Shown: in pieces, positions 36,434-43,688 of the stretch
Position numbering within the stretch: the first letter of the stretch is position 1
Layout: every line of letters starts with the position of its first letter
Origin: Gemmatimonadota bacterium
Lineage (GTDB): Bacteria > Gemmatimonadota > Gemmatimonadetes > Gemmatimonadales > GWC2-71-9
Assembly: GCA_039584325.1 (NCBI GenBank)
Contig: JBDGYA010000012.1
Coordinates: 3,544 to 67,543 of the forward strand
Length of the DNA stretch: 64,000 nt
Reading direction: 5' to 3'
Made by a program: the position numbers and the translations under genes
The notes under the pieces: generated by a model
The model's database searches: none
Told to the model about the DNA's origin: nothing
The model's input: only the letters and a program-made list of their open reading frames with translations

Positions 36434-36633
36434 CTATCCCGACGTCGGGACCAGGCCTCCGATGCCGATCCGTTCGAACAGCTCCCCGTTCACCTTGTGG
36501 AGTCTTTCTGCACGTCGAGTACGATCCCGCGCTCTGCCCGGCGTCGCAGGATCTGCTCGCAGCAGCCCGGCGCACGACCCACGTCCTCGGGCGCGGAAAT
36601 GACCACGATCTTCACGATGCTCTCCCCCGTCAT
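36434..36633 (-). pseudogene. small coding-like ORF interrupted by a frameshift; family uncertain (weak thioredoxin/glutaredoxin-fold resemblance)
   Basis: Frame A runs 36633..36490. Within it, GTG 36615 lies 6 nt after GGGGGAG and reads VKIVVISAPEDVGRAPGCCEQILRRRAERGIVLDVQKDSTR* (GC3 39/47). Frame B continues to 36434 as HKVNGELFERIGIGGLVPTSG* (GC3 19/22). It is too short to appear in the ORF track. Confidence 0.4.
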
Positions 36634-36779
36634 TCGTCGCACCGGAAGTCAGGGCAGACGCGCTCGCGCGGCAGCGCTCCTCTGTCACGCGACGGCCCAA
36701 CTTGCCGCGTGCCCGATAGTGTGGTTAGTGTGCGCGGGTCCAGTACCCCACGATTCTTCGAAACGAGGCTGTCACCCGG

Positions 36780-38759
36780 ATGCGGACCATCACCGTTGTC
36801 GTCACAGTCACCCTGATCCTGGCCGGAGGCGCACAGCTGACGGCTCAGCAGGAGCGGCTCGAGCTCGATCGGCCGATTCCCTACCCCGTGACCCTGTCGA
36901 GCGCGTTCGAGCGGGCGCTCGAGACGGGAACGCGCACTCGGTCAGGCGAGCCCGGTCCACGGTACTGGCAACAGTGGACCGACTACTCGATCCGGGCGCG
37001 ACTCGACACCGACAGCAAGCGCATCGACGGGACCGTGCACATGGTCTACCACAACGGGTCCCCGCGGCCGCTGCCAATCCTGGGACTCCAGCTGCTGCAG
37101 AACGTGCATGCGGAGGGAGCCGTCCGAAATCGGCCGGCGGAGGTGACCGGAGGCATGGAGATCACGCGTGTGGTCGTGGCCGACGAGGAGCTGCCGGACG
37201 CAGGTGCCGCTGGAGGTCGGGTGCGCGCGGCACGTGGCTACCGCATCTTCGGGACCACACTGATGATGCGCCTTCCCCGGGCCCTGCAGTCTGGAGATTC
37301 CGTGACGATCGAGGTCGACTTCGGCTTCACCGTCCCACAGCGGGGCGCCGGATCGCGCATGGGTTGGAACGCCGACAACCTGTTCTATCTCGCCTACTGG
37401 TACCCACAGATGGCGGTGTTTGACGATGTAGTCGGCTGGCACACCGACAACTTCCTGGGCAGTGCAGAGTTCTTCATGGGGTATGGCGACTACCGGGTCA
37501 CCTTGGAGGTACCTGAGGGATGGACGGTACTCGGCACTGGAACGCTCAGCAACGCCGACGACGTGCTCCCGGCACCGATACTCGAACGTGTCCGGCACTC
37601 GGAGCAGAGTGACACCGTCGTGCACGTTCTCACCCCGGAGGACTTCGGCCCGGGAACGGCGACCAGGACCTCCGAGACGGGATACCTGGCGTGGTCGTTT
37701 CAGGCCGATTCGGTTCGGGACGTGGCCTACAGCGTCACCCGCGAGTCGCGCTGGGACGCGGCCCGCACCCCGGTGGGCGACCGGGACGGGGACGGCGCGA
37801 CCGACTACGCGCAGGTGAACGCTATCTGGCGCGAGAGCGCTCCGCGCTGGGCCCAGGCCTGGCGGTATGGCCAGCACTCGATCGACTTCCTCTCACGGTG
37901 GACCGGCTTCCCCTATCCCTATCCCCATATGACCTCGGTGGAGGGAGGAGGCATCATGGGTGGCGGCATGGAGTATCCGATGATGACGCTCATCGGGGAC
38001 TACAACGAGGCCAGCGACACCTCCCTCTACAGCGTGCACGCCCACGAGCTGGCACACATGTGGATCCCGATGATCGTCGGGAACGACGAGCGCAGGCGCG
38101 CATGGATGGACGAGGGGACGACGTCGTTCAACACGTCCGCGGCGGAGAACGAGTTCTATCCGGGACGGCGGTGGGAGCAGGGGAATTACCAGGGGTACCT
38201 CCAGATCGCTGGAACCGATCTGGAAGGCGAGATCATGCGCTGGTCCGACTTTCACAGCAACGGCGGGGCATACGGCACGGCCTCGTACAGCAAGCCGGCC
38301 ACGTTGCTCTGGACGCTGCACGGCCTGCTTGGAGAGGAGACCTTCCTCGAGGCGTACCGTACGTACGTTCGGCGCTGGGCGTACAAGCACCCGAAGCCAT
38401 GGGATCTGTTCAACACCTTCAACGACGTGAGCGGCCGGAATCTCGACTGGTTCTGGCGGACCTGGTACTACGAAACGTGGACCCTTGACCAGGCGGTCCA
38501 GGAGGTCCGACTGGTGGACGAGGGAACTCGAATCGTCGTCGCCGACCGCGGTCTGGCGCCGATGCCGGTAAGGCTCACCATCGCCACGGCGGATGGCGGG
38601 ATGCTGCAGGAGGAGATCCCGGTAGACGTGTGGCTGACGGGAGTACGGACGGCCGACATCGTGGTCCAGACGAGCTCGCCGGTCGTGAAGGTGGAGATCG
38701 ATGCGGAACGGGTGTTTCCCGACCAGGACCGTGACAACAACGTGTGGGAGCGGCAGTAG
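36780..38759 (+). CDS. M1 family metallopeptidase (aminopeptidase N-like), secreted
   Basis: Signal peptide, then HELAHMW followed 18 residues later by the E of WMDEG (HExxH-x18-E). Confidence 0.85.
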   Translation: MRTITVVVTVTLILAGGAQLTAQQERLELDRPIPYPVTLSSAFERALETGTRTRSGEPGPRYWQQWTDYSIRARLDTDSKRIDGTVHMVYHNGSPRPLPILGLQLLQNVHAEGAVRNRPAEVTGGMEITRVVVADEELPDAGAAGGRVRAARGYRIFGTTLMMRLPRALQSGDSVTIEVDFGFTVPQRGAGSRMGWNADNLFYLAYWYPQMAVFDDVVGWHTDNFLGSAEFFMGYGDYRVTLEVPEGWTVLGTGTLSNADDVLPAPILERVRHSEQSDTVVHVLTPEDFGPGTATRTSETGYLAWSFQADSVRDVAYSVTRESRWDAARTPVGDRDGDGATDYAQVNAIWRESAPRWAQAWRYGQHSIDFLSRWTGFPYPYPHMTSVEGGGIMGGGMEYPMMTLIGDYNEASDTSLYSVHAHELAHMWIPMIVGNDERRRAWMDEGTTSFNTSAAENEFYPGRRWEQGNYQGYLQIAGTDLEGEIMRWSDFHSNGGAYGTASYSKPATLLWTLHGLLGEETFLEAYRTYVRRWAYKHPKPWDLFNTFNDVSGRNLDWFWRTWYYETWTLDQAVQEVRLVDEGTRIVVADRGLAPMPVRLTIATADGGMLQEEIPVDVWLTGVRTADIVVQTSSPVVKVEIDAERVFPDQDRDNNVWERQ

Positions 38760-38779
38760 CGGCGGAAGCGTGAGAAGGG

Positions 38780-38822
38780 GTGGGAGCGTGGGTATCATGC
38801 CTTCCCACGCTTCCCACCTTTC
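38780..38822 (+). terminator. rho-independent terminator after the M1 peptidase gene
   Basis: 14-bp stem GGTGGGAGCGTGGG / CCCACGCTTCCCACC (one bulged A), followed by TTT. Confidence 0.6.
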
Positions 38823-38831
38823 CGACTCTCC

Positions 38832-39194
38832 TCATACCCGCTGCAGATGGGTGGGCCGGAAACCCTCGGGGTACTTGAGGCCCAGCCCCAGCAGCCGGTC
38901 GACAGCGACGTGCGTCACCCAGATCAATCCAACCGCCATGAGCGAAGCCTGCGCCGAGAGGAGACCGAGTCCGAACAGGCCAGCGCCCCAGAGGTAGGTG
39001 TGCACCACGTTATATAGCATCGCCCCGACGCGCGGACCGGCGAGATACGCCAGCAACACCACGTCTGGCGCCAGGAACGCGACCGCGAAGATCCACCACG
39101 CGATACCGAGTTCCCGATAGAGCAACATAGCGACCGCCGTGACGGCGAGGCCGTCGAGCCGCAGCAGTACGGTAGGGCGCGACAGATCATGCAT
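38832..39194 (-). CDS. DUF4260 family membrane protein
   Basis: 120 aa with ...LAPDVVLLAYL...YNVVHTY...THVAVDRLLGLGLKYPEGFRPTHL, matching the DUF4260 pattern as I recall it. Confidence 0.65.
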   Translation of the reverse strand: MHDLSRPTVLLRLDGLAVTAVAMLLYRELGIAWWIFAVAFLAPDVVLLAYLAGPRVGAMLYNVVHTYLWGAGLFGLGLLSAQASLMAVGLIWVTHVAVDRLLGLGLKYPEGFRPTHLQRV

Positions 39195-39214
39195 GGTTCG
39201 GGGTTCCTCTCATC

Positions 39215-39676
39215 ATGACGGTGGACATGCAACGGTCGCTGTTCGACGACGAGGCCGCGAGGCGCCTCCTCGAGCGCCTGTCGCGGCTGACGGCGGACAC
39301 CGAGCGACGGTGGGGCCGCATGACAGCCGGCGACATGGTGTGCCATCTCATCGACTACTTCGACATCGCGCTAGGCCGGACGAGCGCGCCACCTGCTGTT
39401 CCCCGCCCCCTGCAGCCGCTGGTCCGGGTCGTCCTCGTACGGTGGAGGGGATCCTACCCGAGGAACGCCCGGACCCTCCCCGAGCTGCTCGCCACCTCTC
39501 CCGGTGTTTTCGAGCAGGACCGGAACCGCCTCGAGCAACGCATCATCGAGTTCTCACGGAGCCGTGCACGGGGCGAGTGGCCACGCAGTCCGATCGCCGG
39601 CAAGATGACCGGAGCGCAGTGGGCGCGGCTCGCGCACGACCACCTACAGCATCACCTGCGACAGTTCGGGCTCTGA
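39215..39676 (+). CDS. DUF1569 (DinB-like) family protein
   Basis: 153 aa with ...RWGRMTAGDMVCHL... and the C-terminal ...WARLAHDHLQHHLRQFGL. Confidence 0.65.
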   Translation: MTVDMQRSLFDDEAARRLLERLSRLTADTERRWGRMTAGDMVCHLIDYFDIALGRTSAPPAVPRPLQPLVRVVLVRWRGSYPRNARTLPELLATSPGVFEQDRNRLEQRIIEFSRSRARGEWPRSPIAGKMTGAQWARLAHDHLQHHLRQFGL

Positions 39677-39697
39677 GCGGGACATCCACCGCCGTCG

Positions 39698-40855
39698 CTA
39701 TCCGCTCCAACCCTGCTCCTCGAGCACCTCCTCGAGCGCATCGAGCAACCGGTCGATCCGGACCGTGTCTGCGTTGACCCCCATCAGTCCGACTCGCCAG
39801 GTCTTGCCCTTGAGCGGCCCGAACCCCCCGGAGATCTCGATGCCCCGATCGAGCATCCCTCGGCGCACGGCGGCGTCATCCACGCCGTCGGGGATTGCGA
39901 TGACGTTGAGCATCGGGAGGCGATGCTCCTCGGGGGTAAAGAGGGTGAGGCCCAGGCGATCCAAGCCGGCGACGAGATGGCGATGCGCGTTCCGGTGGCG
40001 CTCCCACCGAGCCTCCAGTCCCTCCTCCAGAATCAGACGCAGCGCCTCGTGCAGCGCATAGAGGCTCGAGACTGGAGCGGTATGGTGAAAGGCGCGCTGC
40101 TGCGAGCCCTCGGCGTCCCCCCAGTACTGGAATAGCAGGCGGAGATCGAGATACCACGTGGGCGGCGGCCCGGCGCGCGCCCTCACGGCCGCCATGGCAC
40201 GTGGTCCCACGGTGACCGGTCCCAACCCTGGGGGCGCGCCGATACACTTCTGCGAGCAAGAGCCGGCCGCGTCGATGCCCCATTCGTCGATCAGGACGGG
40301 CATGCCGGCGAGCGACGTCACACAATCGACGGCGACCAGCGCGCCGTGCTGTCGCGCGACGGCCGCCACCTCGGCCACGGGCTGCGCCGCACCCGTCGAC
40401 GTCTCCGCATGGACCAGCGCCACCAGCTTGGCCGGCCGCTTCGCCAACTCCTCCTCGAATCGCTCCGCCCGCAGAATCTCGCCGAACGGCACTTCGAGGA
40501 CACGCACGAGCGCGCCGGCACGCGTCGCCATCTCCTGGAGTCGTTGTCCGAAGTAGCCGATGACGCCCACGATCACGTCATCCCCTGGCTCGAGGAGATT
40601 CAGCATGATCGTCTCCAAGCCAGCGGTGCCCGTTCCCGACATCGGAATGGTGTGGTGATTGACCGTACAGTACGCCGCCCGTAGCATCCTCATCGTCTCG
40701 TCCATCACCTGCAGGAAGTACGGATCGAGATGTCCGACCATCGGTCTCGCCATGGCGTCGAGCACGCGCTGATCCGGATTGCAGGGTCCCGGTCCCATGA
40801 GCAGCCGCTCGGGGGGTGCAGTGGTGACGACGGGGTGTGGCGACGGTACGGCCAC
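39698..40855 (-). CDS. class V aminotransferase (alanine-glyoxylate / serine-pyruvate aminotransferase family)
   Basis: ...LLMGPGPCNPDQRVLDAM...SCSQKCIGAPPG (PLP lysine). Start moved to GTG 40855, 4 nt after GGGAGGA; the track start at 40951 would overlap the divergent GH84 gene. Confidence 0.8.
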   Translation of the reverse strand: MAVPSPHPVVTTAPPERLLMGPGPCNPDQRVLDAMARPMVGHLDPYFLQVMDETMRMLRAAYCTVNHHTIPMSGTGTAGLETIMLNLLEPGDDVIVGVIGYFGQRLQEMATRAGALVRVLEVPFGEILRAERFEEELAKRPAKLVALVHAETSTGAAQPVAEVAAVARQHGALVAVDCVTSLAGMPVLIDEWGIDAAGSCSQKCIGAPPGLGPVTVGPRAMAAVRARAGPPPTWYLDLRLLFQYWGDAEGSQQRAFHHTAPVSSLYALHEALRLILEEGLEARWERHRNAHRHLVAGLDRLGLTLFTPEEHRLPMLNVIAIPDGVDDAAVRRGMLDRGIEISGGFGPLKGKTWRVGLMGVNADTVRIDRLLDALEEVLEEQGWSG

Positions 40856-40945
40856 GCGGTCCTCCCGGTGAAAGATCGGTGTTCGCCGCTCCAAAGTTAC
40901 CGCTAGGGGCGGCAAAGGCCATCGCCAGATGGTACCATTAGTCGT

Positions 40946-42835
40946 ATGCAACGACTACTGCTTCTCCCAGCGCTCGTCACCGCGTGCACGGTGCCGGAGC
41001 CCATCGAGCCCGCGCGTTTCGAGCAGGTGGGCGTCGTCGAGGGCTTCTACGGTCCGCCGTGGTCACACCAGGATCGCCTCGACATGCTGCGCTTTATGGG
41101 ACGCGTCGGTCTGACGCACTATTACTACGCGCCCAAGAATGATCCCTATCACCTGAGCCGGTGGCAGGAGCCGTATCCCGACGACGCCTACCGCCAGCTC
41201 GGTGAGCTGGCAACGGTGGCGCGTGCCGAGGGGGTGACCTTCGTGTACGCGATCAGTCCCGGAGGAAGCATCGTATACGCCGATACCAGCGACTACGGCG
41301 AGCTGCTCGCCAAGCTGGACCGGGTTGCCCGGCTCGGCGTGTCGGACTTCGCCCTGTTTGTGGATGACGTTCCTCCGCAACTGCAGCACGCGGAGGATCG
41401 CACCGCCTATGAGTCCCTCGCCCAAGCGCATGCGGCACTGATCACCCGGCTTCACCGGGATCTCGCCGAGCGAGGACGAACCTTCGCCGTGACACCGACG
41501 ACCTACACGAATGCGTGGGGAGACCGGGCATACCTGGAACGGCTGGGAGCCCTGACGCCCCCGGAGATCCCCTTCTTCTGGACGGGCATCGACGTCGCGG
41601 CCCCGGAGATCACCGCGGCGCAGGCGGCCGAGTGGGGCGAACTGATCGGCCGCCGGCCACTGATATGGGACAACTTCCCGGTCAACGACTTTGCACGATG
41701 GCGGTTGTTCCTCGGGCCGGTGCGCGATCGAGATCCCGACTTGGCGTCCGCCGCCTCGGGCATCCTGTCGAATCCGATGAACGAGGCACACGCCTCGATG
41801 ATTTCGCTCGCCACCCTGGCGGCGTACAGCAGTGACCCGGAAGCCTACGACCCCGAGCAAGCCGTCGCTGATGCGATGGCGCGACTCTACAGTCCGGAGG
41901 TCGCCTCCTTCCTGCGCCCCTTCGCGGAGATCTACGGCGACGATGCGTTCGAGCACAACGTGTTCGAGCCGCTGTTCATCCCGGCAAACGTCCTGGTGTT
42001 GCCTCCGATTACCGAGGCCCTGGCGGCCCTGCAAACCGGCCTCGAGGGTCTCACCGCCGCATCCGAGGAGGATCCGGATCTGGCGGTACTGGTGAGCGAG
42101 CTCGAGCCGTTCGTGACGCGCACTGCCCGGAGGCTCGACGAGCTGCGCAACGACGAGCGGTGGCAGTCGAGTGGGGATTCGCTCGTCTATCGCGTGGAAT
42201 CGGATCGTGTGACGGCGTCACGACGTGATGCGGGGATCGCCGTTGACGGCGACTTGCGGGAGTGGTCCGGCACGACGTGGCACCCGGTCGGTGGTGCAAT
42301 GCACCCCGAAGGCCCGAGCATGGCAGCGCTTTGGAGGGAGGACTCTCTGTACGTGGCCGTCGACATTCCGGACGACTCACCCGACGGTCGGGGCGGTCAT
42401 CGCGTTGGCGAGGGTGATAACGTGGCGCTCGTCGTCCAGGCCGACACCGATCCAAACCGTCGGCACCTCGACCCCGGCGACCAGACCGTCCTGCTCCCGG
42501 GGCCGCCGGCCGCCGGTGCCTTCGCCGGTCGGCTTCCGTTCCGCGGCTTCATGGCGAAGTACCTCGCGGACAACCGCGATCTCGTCTGGTCCGAGTTCAT
42601 GGTGTCCACGTTCGGCGACGTGGCGCCGTCCGCGGAGATCCGTTGGGGTCGGGCCGAGTCGGGAACGGGATGGACGGTCGAGTTCGCGATTCCGGCAGCC
42701 GGACGCGACCGAGTGCGGCTGAGTCTCTCGGTGATGGACGTGGACGACGACGGCACCCGCACGACCTATACGCTCGCCAGCCGTAACTACCCGGCGAACC
42801 CGGCTACCTTCGCAGAAGTCGTGATCGAGCCCTGA
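40946..42835 (+). CDS. GH84 beta-N-acetylglucosaminidase (O-GlcNAcase-like) lipoprotein with a CBM9-like C-terminal domain
   Basis: Lipobox LVTAC, then GVVEGFYGPPWSHQDRLDMLRFMG...YYYAPKNDPYH...FALFVDDVP (catalytic DD)...WDNFPVND. The C-terminus has ...AVDGDLREW... Confidence 0.8.
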   Translation: MQRLLLLPALVTACTVPEPIEPARFEQVGVVEGFYGPPWSHQDRLDMLRFMGRVGLTHYYYAPKNDPYHLSRWQEPYPDDAYRQLGELATVARAEGVTFVYAISPGGSIVYADTSDYGELLAKLDRVARLGVSDFALFVDDVPPQLQHAEDRTAYESLAQAHAALITRLHRDLAERGRTFAVTPTTYTNAWGDRAYLERLGALTPPEIPFFWTGIDVAAPEITAAQAAEWGELIGRRPLIWDNFPVNDFARWRLFLGPVRDRDPDLASAASGILSNPMNEAHASMISLATLAAYSSDPEAYDPEQAVADAMARLYSPEVASFLRPFAEIYGDDAFEHNVFEPLFIPANVLVLPPITEALAALQTGLEGLTAASEEDPDLAVLVSELEPFVTRTARRLDELRNDERWQSSGDSLVYRVESDRVTASRRDAGIAVDGDLREWSGTTWHPVGGAMHPEGPSMAALWREDSLYVAVDIPDDSPDGRGGHRVGEGDNVALVVQADTDPNRRHLDPGDQTVLLPGPPAAGAFAGRLPFRGFMAKYLADNRDLVWSEFMVSTFGDVAPSAEIRWGRAESGTGWTVEFAIPAAGRDRVRLSLSVMDVDDDGTRTTYTLASRNYPANPATFAEVVIEP

Positions 42836-42848
42836 CGCGGCACCGCGC

Positions 42849-43682
42849 TCAGCGGATCACCACGCCCGCGTAGGCAACCACTTCGCGGTCGTTGCCGGTC
42901 ACCCATCCACTGTGGCGATAGTCCACCAACTCGGCGCCCTGTGCGCCGAGTTGGCGGGCTGCCTCAAGCACGACAGCTGCGGGTGCGCGGCCGCACATGG
43001 TAACCCCTTCGCGGCGACACACCGCCAGGAGCTCCTGCCCATCCAATCGCTCGATGGCGGCGAGGGCCAGCCGATCCTTTTGCTCCGCGGACACCGCCGA
43101 CTCGTAATGCGTCATGTCCGAGGATGCGACGAGCAACACGTCATCTTCCGACTCACGCGCCGCAGCTGCGAGAGCGGTCGCCAGATCGAGCGAGTGGTCC
43201 CACCGATCCCACGCCAGGACGATCGGAGCCAAACGGACGTCCTGGGCCAGAAGCTGTACGAACGGCAGTTCGACTTCGATGGCATGCTCGCGCGTGTGCG
43301 CGGATGGATCGTGTCGGACGAGCGACGAGTGGGCACTCACGCGCTCCAGAAACCGCTCCGCAATCGGCACGTCGCCGAACGGCGTCTCGAATCTGCCCTG
43401 GCTCCAGGCGCTGGCGCCAGGACTGGCGAGCGCTCCCGTATGATTGGGCGCCAGCACGACGAGGATGCGCGGGATCGAGACCCGCTTCCACACGTGCGCT
43501 GCGCACTGTCCCGAGTAGATCAGCCCGGCATGCGGGACGATCGCGCCGATCGCCCGCGAGGCGGCCGCATTGACCTCCTCGAGCATCCCTCCGGCGACGG
43601 CCCTCAGCTTGTCCGGATCGGCCGGGTAGAACATCCCGGCAACGGCGGGCCGGCGGACGAGCGTGTTCCGCACGGGTACCAC
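42849..43682 (-). CDS. AmmeMemoRadiSam system protein B (Memo-like)
   Basis: RRPAVAGMFYPADP...IVPHAGLIYSGQCAAHVW...VVLAPNH...SSDMTHY. The ORF opens at GTG 43682, 6 nt after the M16 stop; the internal GTG 43673, 9 nt after GGGGAG, fits the SD better. Confidence 0.8.
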   Translation of the reverse strand: MVPVRNTLVRRPAVAGMFYPADPDKLRAVAGGMLEEVNAAASRAIGAIVPHAGLIYSGQCAAHVWKRVSIPRILVVLAPNHTGALASPGASAWSQGRFETPFGDVPIAERFLERVSAHSSLVRHDPSAHTREHAIEVELPFVQLLAQDVRLAPIVLAWDRWDHSLDLATALAAAARESEDDVLLVASSDMTHYESAVSAEQKDRLALAAIERLDGQELLAVCRREGVTMCGRAPAAVVLEAARQLGAQGAELVDYRHSGWVTGNDREVVAYAGVVIR

Positions 43683-43688
43683 CTCCCC

